From assembly GCA_963736895.1 (NCBI GenBank), contig CAVTQU010000008.1:7679-71678 (forward strand): a stretch of 64,000 nt of DNA, given 5' to 3'. Every line of letters begins with the position of its first letter. Positions within the stretch are counted from its first letter, which is position 1. A program made the position numbers and the translations under genes. Source of the stretch: an uncultured Chloroflexia bacterium. GTDB taxonomy: Bacteria; Chloroflexota; Limnocylindria; Limnocylindrales; CSP1-4. Of the stretch, positions 40,238-52,417 are shown piece after piece. Below the pieces are notes generated by a model. It had not been told where the DNA came from. It saw only the letters and a list, made by a program, of their open reading frames with translations, and made no database searches.

Positions 40238-40272
40238 GACGCGTAGCAGCCGCCCGCAGGCGGACTGCGGAG
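40238..40272 (+). repeat. GTAG-type REP-like palindromic repeat, copy 2
   Basis: gacgcGTAGcagccgcccgcaggcggactgc; 25-nt identity to the reverse complement of 19707-19731. Confidence 0.7.
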
Positions 40273-40304
40273 GCCAGCTAAATTCGACTCGGAACGAATC
40301 AGGA

Positions 40305-41527
40305 TCAGAGCTGCGCGGCCTCCGCGACCTCGGCATCCGCGCCCATGTGCTGTCGGGCACGCTGCCCATGTCCCGATCGCAGAACAGTGATGAGCGCCGC
40401 GCCCGCGAGAGCGACCATTGCCGATACCAGGATCGTCTCGTACCCGAGCTTGTCGATCAGCGGCGAAGTCCCGATGGAGCCAAGCGCGATCGCTCCCGCG
40501 AAGCTGGCCGAGAACAGCGCGAATGCGCTGCCGCGATCTTCCTCGTTGCTCCGTCGCGAGAGAACGAGCGTTACCGGGACGGTGATCAGTGCCGCCCCGG
40601 CGCCGGTGAGCGCGCCGGCCAGGACGAGAATCGGTGTCGTTGGTGCGGGCAGGACGAGCAGCACACCGGCCGCTGTCAGTGCCAGACCAAGCAGGATCTG
40701 CCAGGAGGCCGCGACCCGATCGGCCATCCATCCGGCGGGCAGTCGGAGCGCAAGGACCAGCAGACCGTCGGCGACGAAGAACAGCCCGATGTCCGCTCCG
40801 GCCGCTTCCGCGCGTTGGGGCAGGTAGGCGATGATCACGCCCCAGTGGATTACCCACAGAGCGATGATCGACAGCGGCGCGATCCATGACCTGCGGAACG
40901 CGAAACCCAGCACGCGTCGCGCCGTGCGAAGGCCGTTCGCTCGTCTGCCGAACGGAATTTGAGCGGCCTCGCGTAGAGCACGGTGAGCGCCGAGATCACG
41001 AAAGCGGCGACCAATAACGACACGCCATCCAGGCCTGCGGCGTCGAGAGCGATGATCGAGATCGGCGGCAACAGGACAAGCGTCAGGTTGTGCGAGGCGC
41101 TGGCGCTGCCGAGGGCAAAGCCGCGTCGAGCGATCGGAACGAGCAAGGGAGCAATCGATAGCGCGGCCGGCATGACTATGCCGAAACCGAAGCCCTGCAG
41201 AACGCGTGCAGCCACGAAAGGGCAGCGCAGAGGTTGCCGGATCCACGCCAGGAAGGACCAGGATCGCGGTCGAGGCGAGATAAGCCAGACCACCAACGGC
41301 GATCAACCGCAGGCCACCGAATCGATCGATGAGCACTCCGCCCAGCAAGCGCAGCCGGGATCTGGACGAGCGGCGCGATGCCGACAATGCGCCGATCTCT
41401 GCGTTGGTGCGGCCGGCGCGCGACAGGGCCAACGGGATCGAGACGGTGAAGCCGTGGTAAGCCGGCCTGGATCAGGAAGATGACGACCGAGAGGCGCAGC
41501 ACGCCGCGGATGATCGCGGATGTTCAA
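40305..41527 (-). CDS. MFS transporter (frameshifted; start approximate)
   Basis: GVLIDRFG motif A, RVLQGFG, GWMADRV, DRGSAFALFSA; multiple TM segments. Confidence 0.8.
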
Positions 41528-41551
41528 GCGATGGGCGTTACGCTGCCCGCG

Positions 41552-42951
41552 ATGGCTGAAATCACGACCACCACCAGCGGCCCGCATCACAAAGTTTGCG
41601 AGCGAAGTGCCGGACATGCGCGTCCTGACTGACGCGACCGACGTCGAGTCGTACCGCTTCGACGAGACCGCCTACCTGAAGCGCCGGGCACCCGCTCGCC
41701 GTGTGCTTCCCGCGCTCAACGTCGGATGTCCAGGCGATCGTGCGCCTCTGCGGCGAGCACGGCGAACCCGATCGTCGCCCGCGGTGCCGGAACGGGCCTC
41801 TCGGGCGGCGCGGTCGCGATCGATGGCGCGGTGACCGTGTCCTTCACCCAGATGAACACGATCCTCGAGATCGACGCGGCGAACCTGACCGTGACCACGC
41901 AGCCGGGGATCATCAACGCCGAGCTCAACCGCGCCGTAAGCGAGCACGGCCTGTTCTACCCGCCCGATCCGGCCAGCTTCGAGATGTGCACGATCGGCGG
42001 CAATCTCGCCGAGAACTCGGGCGGCCTGCGCTGCGTCAAGTACGGCGTGACACGCGACTGGGTTCTCGGTCTGGAGGTCGTGCTCGCCGACGGCTCGGTC
42101 ATCCGCACCGGCGGCAAGAACGTCAAGGACGTCGCGGGCTACGACCTGACAGGCATGTTCGTCGGCTCGGAGGGGACGCTCGGCCTGGTCACCGAGGCGA
42201 CGTTGCGGCTGCTGCCACTGCCGCCGGCCGAAGCTGACGCTGATCGCGTTCTTCCCGACGGTTCGCGGCGGCTGGCGAGGCGGTGTCGCGCATCACCGCG
42301 GCGGGCGTGATCCCGGTGACGCTCGAGCTCATGGACGCGTTCACGATCGCGGCGGTCGACGACGTTCACCAGCTTGGACTGGACCGGACGGCCGGGGCGA
42401 TGCTGATGGTCGAGTCCGATCTTGGCGGCGAGGCTGCCGAGCGGGAGCTGGCGACCGTCGAGGCCGCGTGCGACGCCGGCGGGCGCGACGTCGGTCGTCA
42501 GCGCGGCTGACGCACAGGAAGCCGACTGGCTACGCCAGGCGCGGCGCGCGCGCGCATGGCTCGCTCGAGAAGGCCGGGGTGGCGCGCATGGACGACGTCG
42601 GCGTGCCGCGCAGCCGCATCCCCGAGATGCTCGACGCGATCGAGCGCATCGCCGCGGCGCATGAGCTGCGAGTCGGCGTCTTCGGCCACGCCGGCGACGG
42701 CAATCTCCACCCGACGTACATCCTGGACCGCGACGACCCAAACGCAGAGGAGCGTATCGACGACGACGCGCGACGAGATCTATCGCGCCGCGCTGGAGAT
42801 GGGCGGCACGGTGACCGGCGAACACGGCACCGGGCTGGCCAAGAAACCGTGGCTGGAGCTGCAGCGCGGCGCGCGTGCCGTGGAGGTGATGCGCTCGATT
42901 AAAGCGGCGCTCGATCCGAACGGCCTGCTCAACCCGGGCAAGGTGCTCTAG
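41552..42951 (+). CDS. glcD: FAD-linked oxidase, glycolate oxidase GlcD/D-lactate dehydrogenase family (frameshifted)
   Basis: ARGAGTGLSGGA, FYPPDPAS, TIGGNLAENSGG...KYGVT, GSEGTLG, GHAGDGNLHP, GEHG, LDPNGLLNPGKV. Confidence 0.82.
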
Positions 42952-42962
42952 GCGGAGCCGTT

Positions 42963-44616
42963 CTAGTTCGTGATCCCGTACTCGATCGTTGCCGAGTACG
43001 TCCCCGCGTCCGAGCCGTTGGTCACCGGTGAAGGTGAAGTGCCCTCCCTGGACATCCAGCTCGAAGTCGACCGTAGTCGTCCTCGACGTGCTTGAACATG
43101 CTGCCGTTGGGATGAACCACGTAGACGGCGAGCTTTTCGTCGCCCGACCAGTTGACGCGCACGTGGACGTGGCCTCGGATGTAGTACGTCTCGCGATCCC
43201 ATTGATCGTCGGCGCCCAGCGTTCCACGCCATTCGTAACGTGCCGTGGCTTGGCGTTGGGTCGGGGGTCGGCGTCGGTGTCGGACTCGGCGTTGGGCTCG
43301 GTTTCGGAGTCGGTGTCGGCGTTGAAGTCGGCCGCGGCGTCGCCGTGGGGCTTGGTTGCGGCGAAGCCGGGTGGCTTGGGAACCGCAGCGAGAACGGACC
43401 TCAGGGCGCGCGCCGCGTCCAGCCGGCCATTTGCCAGGCTGCTGATGCGCACTCGTTGCGTGTTGCAGTCAGCATGGCGGATCAGTCGCGCGCGGCCGAG
43501 TCGTGGCGCCGGCTCTTCATCAAGGCGACTGTCCCGGCAACGATCGGCGATGCCAGCGATGTACCGCACAGCCAGGCCCAACGTGGCCGTGGGGACGACC
43601 GCTGTACGAACAACCAGGCGCGGCGATGGTCACCCAGCTGCCGCGGTTGGACCAGCTGTACAGGCGATCGGATTGGTTCGTCGCAGCGACGCTGATCACG
43701 CCCGGGTATGCCGCCGGGAAGGTTCGATGCGACTGACCCGTCGTTGCCGGCCGCAGCGACGACGACGACGCCCTTGCGAATGGCGTAGGCGACGGCGTCG
43801 CGCGAGCACGTTGGTCGGCTCATGCCCGGCGATGCTCATGTTGATCACGTCCGCGCCGTGTTCGGTGGCCCAGACCACGCCCGCGGCGATGTTCGATTGT
43901 GTGCCGTGGCCCTGTCCGTTGAGGACCTTGACCGGCATGATCTTGCAGCGCCAGCAGCATGCCGGCGATGCCTACGCGGTCGTTGCCCGGCAGCGAGCCG
44001 CGGTGGTGGCGACGGCCGTGCCGTGGCCGTCGTCGTCGTACGGATTCGTGTCGTTGTTGTGGAAGTCCCAGCCCTGACCATGCGGCCGCGCAGGTCGGGA
44101 TGGTTCGCGTCGACGCCCGTGTCGATGATGGCGATGACCGTGATCCGGCACTCGCCGCGAGTGTGCGTTCCACGCTTCGGGGCACGGATGCCTGGCGCAC
44201 ATTCCACTCCTGGGCCCAGTGCGGATCATCGGCGTGACGGAGGCCGCGACGACCGCGTCGTCCTCGACGGACTGCGACGCGCGGGTCGGACAAGCAACGC
44301 TGGCGGGCCATGCCGCGCAGCAGCCACGGCACGCTGACGAGGCGGACGCGGCGTTCTCGCCGACGCTGCCGACCTCCCGGCCATCGACGCGGGACAGGAT
44401 CTGCGGCAGCGTCCTGCGGCGAGACGTTCCCGAACGACATCGTGACCAGCAGGCATCGTCGACCGTGCCGCTGCCCTTGAAGCGCGGGGTGCGGAAGTGG
44501 CGGACGTAGGCCGGATCGGTTGGACGAACGGCAATGCCACGCATGCGGCAGCAATAACGCAGGCCAGGCGAGCCTTGCTGCAGTCGCTCCTGGCGACGGG
44601 TACGGCTATACGGCAT
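42963..44616 (-). CDS. S8 subtilisin-like serine peptidase with Pro/Thr linker (heavily frameshifted; start approximate)
   Basis: [49 protein letters not shown]. Confidence 0.85.
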
Positions 44617-44834
44617 GGACGTGACGGTTCCCACTCGAATAGTCCGGTGCGACCGATGAAGCGAGCGACTAGAAGGGGCGATGACGACCTATGTCGCGGC
44701 GATGATTCCGAGCCGTCATCGTCGAAGCCGACGCCCGTCCGAGGTAAGCGGACAGGCGTCTCATTCGACCGTGACGATGGTCCGGGTCGTGTGCGGCGCG
44801 TCAGCATCGGCCGAGTGAGGCAGAATCGTGGATA

Positions 44835-45918
44835 ATGAGCCCAACGAACAAGACCGCAGCGAAGTCCACCGCAAAACCAGTCGAAAGGCCGGCGGCAGGC
44901 GGCACCGTCCACGACCCCGGACCCGAAATCTCGGGCGACCGCGGGCCAAGGCGCTGGATGCGGCCGCGCAACCCGATCGACCTACCCGGTGGTGGCGCGA
45001 CGGTACGGCTCGGAACTGCGTCCTGGACCGACCCGACGATGATCGGCGGGCAACCGTCTTCTACCCACCGGCGCCGACAGCGGCCGAGGAGCGCCTCCAG
45101 TACTACGCGAGCGCAGTTCCCGCTGGTCGAGGTCGACTCGACCTACTACGCGCTGCCCTTCCCGCGCATGGCCGAGCTGTGGCGCGATCGAACTCCACCC
45201 GATTTCGTCTTCGACGTGAAGGCCCACGCTCTCGATGACCGGCCAGCCGACCGAGGTCAAGCGGCTGCCGAAGTTCAGCTGCGCGAGGAGCTGCCGGCGG
45301 AGATCGGCGGACAAGTCACGGATCTACGCGCGCGATCTACCGGCCGAGCTGCGTGACGCGGTTTGGCAGATCGTTCCTGGACGGCCTGGCACCGCTGCGC
45401 GAGTCTGGACAGCTGGGCTCGATCCTGCTGCAGTACCCGCGCTGGTTCTTCCCGATCAGCGAGAGTCGCGACGAGATCCTGGAGGCGCAAGCGAGCGGCT
45501 GGGCGACACGCTGTTCGCGGTCGAGCTGCGCAACGCGTCGTGGTTCAACGAGAAGAACGTGGAGCGGACGCTGCGCTTCCTGACCGACAACGAGCTGCCG
45601 TTCGTGATGGTCGACGAGCCGCAGGGGTACAAGAGCAGCGTGCCGCCGCTCGTGGCGGTTACGTCACCCGAGCCTGGCGATCATGCGCTTCCACGGCCGA
45701 CGGACCGAGACGTGGGAGGCGAAGAACATCACACCCGCCGAACGGTTTCCGCTACCTGTACGACCGCGACGAGCTGTCACGATTGGGCGCCGCGCTTGCG
45801 CGACGCGGGCAAGCAGACGCGCGACCTGCACGTGCTCATGAACAACTGCTACGCCAACTACGGCTCGACGAACGCACGCGAGCTGGCCCGGATCCTGGCC
45901 GACCTGAAACCGGACTGA
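44835..45918 (+). CDS. DUF72-domain protein (frameshifted)
   Basis: RLGTASWTD, VEVDSTYYALP, FVFDVKA, LLQYPRWF, AVELRN, MVDEPQ, HVLMNN. Confidence 0.88.
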
Positions 45919-45920
45919 TC

Positions 45921-46921
45921 TCAGGCCGGAGGGGGACGACCGCCTCCGCGACGTCCGTGCCCGTGGCCGGCGTTGCCTCGATCGCGGGCGCGGCCGCGTG
46001 CGGCTGCTGAGACTCGGTCCTCACGACAACCGCCACGGCGACCACGATCATGGCCGCGCCGATGACCATCGTCACGTTGATCTCCTCGTTGAGCAGCAAC
46101 GATCCGAGGATGATCGCCACGACCGGGTTGACGAACGCGTAGGTCGCCACGCGTGACACAGGCGCGTGCTGGAGCAGCCACGTGTATGCCGTGTAGGCGA
46201 TGACGCTGCCGAAGACGATCAGGTACGCCAGCGCGAGCAGCGAGTCGGTGCTGAAGTTCTCGGGCTTGACCAGTCCATGCTTCGCCGACGAGCAGCCCGA
46301 CGAGCAGCAATCGCGACACCGCCGACCAAGCATCTGCGCGCCGGTCGAGATCAGGTAGTCGCCGGGCAGGTCGACTCGCTTCGAGTAGAACGTGCCGATC
46401 GACCAGCTGAGCGGCGCCAGCAGCAGTAGGACCATGCCACCGATCGCAACGCTGCCGTCGATTCCGCGCGGGATGATGAGAACCGCTACGCCCGACGAAG
46501 CCGATCAGCACGCCGAGCACCGTGGCCATGGCGACGCGTTCGCGGAAGATGAACCGCAGCAGGACGACGTAGAGCGGGATCACGGCCACGATCAGAGCCG
46601 CTAGGCCACTCGGAACGTCACGCTCACCGAGCATGACCAGGCCGTTGCCGCCAAGCAGCAGCGCCAGGCCGACGAATACCGACGCCGAGCCACTCGCTTG
46701 CGCGACAGCTTCAGCGACGAGATGCCGTGCCTGAGCGCGACGTAGCCGAACAGGATGGCCGCGGCGATGACGAAGCGGACCCCGGCCGACAGAAGCGGCG
46801 GCATCGTGCCGACGACGACGCGGATGGCGAGGTAGGTCGAGCCCCAGACGATGTAGACGATCAGCAGCGCCAGCCCATATCTGCCACTCGGGTGCTGCCT
46901 GTCTGGACGTGCCTGTCTCAT
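45921..46921 (-). CDS. EamA/DMT-family transporter (frameshifted)
   Basis: VYIVWGSTYLAIR, PSGLAAL, YLIVFGSVIAYTAY, VATYAFVNPVVAIILG; GGAGG SD. Confidence 0.9.
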
Positions 46922-47222
46922 GGCTACCTCCTGCTCAGACCATTCCAAGACTGGAACAACGGCGATCGGCGCCTGGTTGCACCCGAGTACGTACTTCGTG
47001 CTCCGTACTCGTTTCCGTACGTCCTCGGATACCCGTCCGACCGCGCCGGAGCGCATCGTATGCGCAACAGAACAGTCGAGCTTTGTCGCCACCCTTACAC
47101 GGCGGGGTGTGCGGACGGAGCGAATTGACAGGAGCCGGATCGGCGCTGGGGCGCGGTCCGGCTCTAGTCTTGTCTGCGGGATGTCATGGATCTGGGAGTC
47201 CAAAATTGAGCGACATCGCGAG

Positions 47223-48851
47223 ATGGCAGACGTACCATCGACAGGTGGAACGCCTGCGGGAGAGGCGGGATCGGATCGCGATCCGGCAGCCTCGACCTCG
47301 TCCTGCTGGCGACGGCCGCTCGTTCTCATCCTGCTGACGGCCGCGTTCCTGTTCGATCCGTCGTTCAGCTTCGCTCTCGATCGGACCCGCTCGCGACGTC
47401 GCGATCAATCGCCTGACCGTGCTCGCCGCCGGCAGTCTCGCCGCCCTGGCTCTTGGCGCGCTATCGCGAATCCGGCCGCCTGTCCGGACTGTTCCAGAGC
47501 AGCGCCTTCCTGCTCCTGGCGTGGATGGCTCTGTTCTCGGTCGTGGCCGTGAGCATCTTGCGCAAGGCAAGGCGACGTCGGTCTTTCGGTCGGGCAGCCC
47601 AGAGCAGTTGCCGATCTACGTCCTGTCGATCTCTCGACTGGTCGCTGGCGCCATCCTGTTGGTCGGCGGCGCAGCCGCGATCGGCCTGATCAATCGCCAA
47701 CCGCGTGTTCGTCGGACACTTCTGTCGCCAATTGTTGCCGTCACCGTCGTGACGATCGTGCTGTACGTGCTCCGGGAGCTCTTCAGCCGCGCTGGAAGCA
47801 CCACGGCATTTAACGATCTCATCCCGCCCTTCATCGGCCCGCTGGGTATCGCCGAGATCCTGAAGGACGACCTGATGCCCGGGGCCGCTGCCGGATGTCA
47901 GCGGCTTTGCGCTGGTCATCCAAGCGGCAGCGGCGGCGATCTTCCTGGTCGGGCATGTTTCTGTATCGCCGCTCGTACCTGCGCAATGGCCCGGTCCTCG
48001 ACGGCTACCTCGCTGTCGGGACTGCTCATCGCCGCCGCTTCGCTGAGATCACCTTCTACCTCTACCCGGCGGATCTATGGCAGCCTCCGTGACGCTCGCC
48101 GAGGCGCTGCGGCTCGCGTTTCTTCGTCGTACTGCTGCTGGGGATCAACGCGGAGGCGCGCTCGGACATGCGCGCGCTGCGCAGCGCCTACGCCGCGCTC
48201 GATCGCCTGCGCCTCTCCGAAGCCGAACGAGCCACGCTCGAAGAGCGGACACGCGTCGCGCGCGAGCTGCACGACGGCCTGGCGCAGGACCTGTGGTTCG
48301 CCAAGCTGAAGCACGAACGTCTGGTGCCATACGTGCCCGGATGAGCAGAAGCCGCTGGCCATCGAGGTCACCGCAGGCGATCGACGCCGCAATCTGCGGA
48401 GGCGAAACAGGCAGTGGCGACGATGCGCTCGTCCGAGGAACGGGAGCGAACGCTCGAGGAGCTGATCTCCAGGATCGTCGACGACTTCGCAGGTCGATCG
48501 GGTGTTCGGGCAGATCTGTCGGTGGCCGATCTTCCCGATGGCCTCGAGGCACGGACCCAGGTCGAGGTGTTGCGCATCCTGCAGGAGGCGCTCACCAACG
48601 TGCGCAAGCACGCCGACGCGACGGTCGTTCGCGTAAACGCTGAGGTCTCCGACAGAACCTTCCGATTGACGATCATCGACAACGGCCGCGGATTCCGGCC
48701 GGAGGAGACGAGCGGCGACGGTCTGGGCGTCGTCGGCATGAAGGAACGAGCGCGGCTGATGGGTGGCGATCTCTTCGTTTCGTCTGAGCCCAGCGGTGGC
48801 ACGGCGGTCCAATTGGACGTTCCCACAACGGCTAACGTGGCAACGTCGTGA
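47223..48851 (+). CDS. Membrane sensor histidine kinase, HisKA_3 (NarX/DesK-type; frameshifted; start approximate)
   Basis: EERTRVARELHDGLAQDL, RILQEALTNVRKHA, IDNGRGF, GLGVVGMKERA; TM-rich N-terminus. Confidence 0.85.
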
Positions 48852-49510
48852 GCGAGATCGACGGCAAGCTGCGGGTCATGCTGGTCGACGACCATGCCCT
48901 GGTCAGGTCGGCCGTGCGTCAGGCGTTGACCGCTCCGGACGTCGAGTTCGTGGGCGAGGCTGCCAACGCGCAAGAGGCCATGGCTCTCGCGCCTGTGCTG
49001 CGACCGGACGTTTTGCTGCTCGACATCGACCTGCCTGGCATGAACGGAATCCAGCTCGTCCAGGAGTTGGCGCCACGCCTTCCCCAGACGAAGATCGTGA
49101 TGCTCACCGTCTCAGGCTCCGAGCGCGACCTTCTCGAGGCCGTTGCCCGGGGAGCGTCCGGGTATCTGACCAAGGACCTCAGCCCCGAGGCGCTGCTGCG
49201 TTCCCTCCGTGGAACGCAGCGCGGCGAGCTGGCCATGTCACGGCGCTTCGCCGCCCGCGCACTGCGATATTTCGCCGATGCGGCGCGGCGCGGGCGATCC
49301 GTCTCGGGCACCGAGGGCGAGCTCATGGGCCTCAGCCCGCGCGAGAACGACGTGCTGGCGATGCTGGCCGACGGCCTGACCGACAGAGAGATCGCGAACG
49401 CCCTGACGATCTCACCACGCACCGTTGAGACGCACGTCAGCAACATCCTGCACAAGCTCGGCGTCAGGAACCGCGCGGAGGCTGCCCAGCGCTATCGCCA
49501 GAGCGCGTAG
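48848..49510 (+). CDS. NarL/FixJ-family response regulator
   Basis: LVDDHALVR, PDVLLLDIDLPG, GASGYLTK, LSPRE...ISPRTVETHVSNILHKLG. Confidence 0.95.
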   Translation: MSEIDGKLRVMLVDDHALVRSAVRQALTAPDVEFVGEAANAQEAMALAPVLRPDVLLLDIDLPGMNGIQLVQELAPRLPQTKIVMLTVSGSERDLLEAVARGASGYLTKDLSPEALLRSLRGTQRGELAMSRRFAARALRYFADAARRGRSVSGTEGELMGLSPRENDVLAMLADGLTDREIANALTISPRTVETHVSNILHKLGVRNRAEAAQRYRQSA

Positions 49511-49707
49511 GACCGTTGGCTGACCACAAGTCATACCCAACGACTTGACGCGTCGGCGATCATGCCCGTTGTGGACGTCGGGCTGAGGTAGCGCCCCAGC
49601 CGAGAGCCGCCGCGGCTCCAGATGACCCGCCCGCCTGGCGTCCACCATCTCGATTTGAGGCAAGGACCTGAGTTCGTGCCGCCGCGACCGGCCGCGGACG
49701 AACTAAC

Positions 49708-50383
49708 TCATGCGGTGGCGGTTTCCGTGGCTGGCCGGTCGACTGCGCTGAGGAAGTTCCACCAGGCCTCGAGCGCGCGGCCGGTGGCTGTCTCGATGGC
49801 GGCATCGTCGACATCCTGTGCCAGCTCGCCGAGCATCTCGCGCTCCGCGCCCGAATGCTCGACATCGAGCACGCCGTGCACCGCGAAGAACGACGTGGTG
49901 CGCTTGTCGTGCACGTCGTAGTGCTTGCGGAGGCCATCGATCTTGGAGCCGGATGTCTGCGGGACCTGGCGCTCATAGGCGTAGAGCGCGGCGACACCTT
50001 CGGCGGGCGTGGCGTCGAACGCGATCTCGGCGTAGGTGTCGACAAGGGCTTGCGTGGCGGGGTTGTGCTCGGCGGACATCACGTCGTCGCGCGACACGCC
50101 GATGCCCTCGGCAAACCGAAGCCACAGCTCAGCGTGATTGCTTCCTGCCGTGCTCCTCGTCCCAAAGATTGTCGAGCAGCTGCTGGCGAGCCTCGGCGCT
50201 CTCGGTGCGCGAGTGGATCGCCGACAGGAGCCGCGGCATCGCCGACTCGAACGCGAAGTACTGGCGCGCATACTCCTGCATCGCTTCCTTCGGCAAGGTG
50301 CCGGCCGTCCACTTGGTGTAGAACGGGTGCTTGAGCAAGTGGCGCTCGTCGATCATTGCGTCAATGCGATCCAGCAGATCCAT
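49708..50383 (-). CDS. CADD-family (TenA/PqqC-like) heme-oxygenase-like dimetal oxidase (one indel)
   Basis: HLLKHPFYTKW, EYARQY, NLWDEEHG..NHAELW, ALYAYERQVP, SKIDGL, FFAVHGVLDVEH. Confidence 0.85.
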
Positions 50384-50473
50384 GCCTTCAACTCCTCTAC
50401 GCCCGCTTGATGTCGGCCGAGTCTAACCGGGACGCCCTCAGCAAGCCCACAGCGCGGACGTGAGAGTCGTCGC

Positions 50474-51568
50474 TTGACAGTCGACGTTGCGATCATCGGG
50501 GGCGGCATCATCGGCACGGCGTCGGCGGCGTACCTGGCCGAGGCGGGGCGGTCGGTGGCCCTGTTCGAGCGTTCAGAGATGGCAGCGGGAGCATCTGGCC
50601 GGAACTCCGGCGCCATCCAGCATCCCTTCGACGAACACTTCGTGGAGCTGCACTGTCGGTCGCTGGAGCTGTATCGCGACATTACTCTCGAAACGGACGG
50701 TTTCGAGCTGACGGAGCGACCGTCGGGCCTGATGCTCGTTTCGTTCGACGAGTCGGCAGTTAGGGCGACGTGGGAAGGACTCACCCGTGACTGGCCGGAC
50801 TTGTCGCCGACGCTCCTGCCCGCCGGATCGGCCGCATCCGTCGAGCCGTCGCTCCACCCGATGCTCGCCGCGTGCCGCGTGGAGACGGGCTACCCGGTCG
50901 CGCCGGCCGCCGCGACGCTCGCGTTCGCTCGTCGTGCGGAGCGGGCCGGCGCGTCGCTCCACACTGGTTCTGCCGCGAACGTGATCTTGCGCGGAGGCCG
51001 AGTTTCAGGAGTCGTGCTGGCCGAGGGTGAGATGGTCGAGGCATCGCAGGTGCTCGTCGCGGCCGGCCCATGGACACCGTTCGTGATCCCGGGCTGGGAA
51101 ACGTCGCCGCCCATCCGCCCTGTCTGGGGAGTAGTGGCGTCGGTGACCCTCGAGACGCCGCCGACCCACGTCCTCGAGGAGATCGGCATCGACCGTCCCG
51201 GCGGTCCGCCGGATCGCATGTTCAGCATGGTCGCCTTAGGGAGCGGCACGAGCGTGGGCTCGACCTTCCTGCCCGACGAGCCGGACGCGCGAGCTCTTGC
51301 GATCGAGGTCGTGAAACACGGCAAGGACTTTGTCCCAGGGCTCGCCGACAGCGATATCGGCGCGGTCCGGGCGTGCGCCAGACCGGCGGCGTTCGACGGC
51401 CGACCGATCATCGGCGCCGTGCCCGGAATCGAGGGGTTGTTCGTGTGCTCCGGCCACGGCCCGTGGGGCATCTCGACCGGACCCGCGTCGGCACGTTTGA
51501 TCGCCGATCAGATCCTCGGTTTCTCCGAAGAGCTAGAGGAGTTCACTCCCCGGCGAGTGAGGCTGTGA
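50474..51568 (+). CDS. FAD-dependent oxidoreductase, D-amino acid/glycine oxidase family
   Basis: IIGGGIIG, GASGRNSG, VAAGPW, ACARP..FDGRPIIG, GHGPWGISTGP. Confidence 0.88.
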   Translation: MTVDVAIIGGGIIGTASAAYLAEAGRSVALFERSEMAAGASGRNSGAIQHPFDEHFVELHCRSLELYRDITLETDGFELTERPSGLMLVSFDESAVRATWEGLTRDWPDLSPTLLPAGSAASVEPSLHPMLAACRVETGYPVAPAAATLAFARRAERAGASLHTGSAANVILRGGRVSGVVLAEGEMVEASQVLVAAGPWTPFVIPGWETSPPIRPVWGVVASVTLETPPTHVLEEIGIDRPGGPPDRMFSMVALGSGTSVGSTFLPDEPDARALAIEVVKHGKDFVPGLADSDIGAVRACARPAAFDGRPIIGAVPGIEGLFVCSGHGPWGISTGPASARLIADQILGFSEELEEFTPRRVRL

Positions 51569-51580
51569 CGCAGAGGGTCC

Positions 51581-52417
51581 TCAGGAGGTAGCTCGGCGGC
51601 CTCGGCTCCAGAGACCATCGAGCACCGGATTGCTCGTCGACCAGGGCGATGCGACCGGCTGAGGCTGCGCAGGCTGCCGCTGCTGCGTCTGCACAAACGG
51701 CTGAGCTTGCGGCTGCGGCTGCGGCTGCGGCTGCGAAGTTTGTTGTGGCGGGCCCACCCTGTACGCCATGGCCACGCGACCCCGTGGGATCGGCTGCGCA
51801 CGAATGTCGGCCAGCGGCCAGCCGCGGAGGTCCTGCTCGGGCCAGCCGTCGACGCGCGGCGAACGCGACTGCGCGACGAACGCAGGCTCGGCTGACAGTG
51901 CCTCGACTGGCACGGATGCTGCGGGCAGTGGCTCGAGCGGCAATGGCTCTACAGGCAGCGGCCGGAGCGGTGTCAGAGTTGGTGCATCGACCAGGCCGCC
52001 GACCGCCTCGGACTTCGCTAGGGGTAGGTAGTAGGAGGGCTCGGCCGGGATGTCGGCCGGTGGAATCGGAGCCAGAACCAGGCTGGCGACCATCTCGGGT
52101 TCATGGGCAGCGGTCGTCGACGTCGTCTGGATGGTCACTTCGGTGGCCGAAATCGCCACCGGAGTGCGGTTGAAGCGACGGCCGAGCGGGCCGACGAAAA
52201 GCACGCCACCGGTCACTGACCCCACGAAGAGGATCAGCACGGTGAATACCACCGCTGTGTTGCGCTGCGTTTCCACGCCGCTGTCGGCCGCCATAACGGC
52301 CGTTGGCCAGAACACCACGGCCAGGAAGAGAATCAGCAGGCCGAACAATCGGCTGGCGATGCTCACCCGGCTGCGGCGGGCTTTAACGGTTACGTCGTAT
52401 GAGGTCCAGTACTTCAT
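51581..52417 (-). CDS. Hypothetical membrane protein with Pro/Gln-rich tail
   Basis: Signal-like N-terminus plus TM helix, low-complexity C-terminus including QPQPQPQP. Confidence 0.5.
   Translation of the reverse strand: MKYWTSYDVTVKARRSRVSIASRLFGLLILFLAVVFWPTAVMAADSGVETQRNTAVVFTVLILFVGSVTGGVLFVGPLGRRFNRTPVAISATEVTIQTTSTTAAHEPEMVASLVLAPIPPADIPAEPSYYLPLAKSEAVGGLVDAPTLTPLRPLPVEPLPLEPLPAASVPVEALSAEPAFVAQSRSPRVDGWPEQDLRGWPLADIRAQPIPRGRVAMAYRVGPPQQTSQPQPQPQPQAQPFVQTQQRQPAQPQPVASPWSTSNPVLDGLWSRGRRATS

Noticed and set aside
43250-43370. Short tandem repeats here and at 10680-10870, 26474-26510, 51710-51734
   Set aside because: They encode Pro/Thr/Gln-rich protein linkers and are not independent DNA elements
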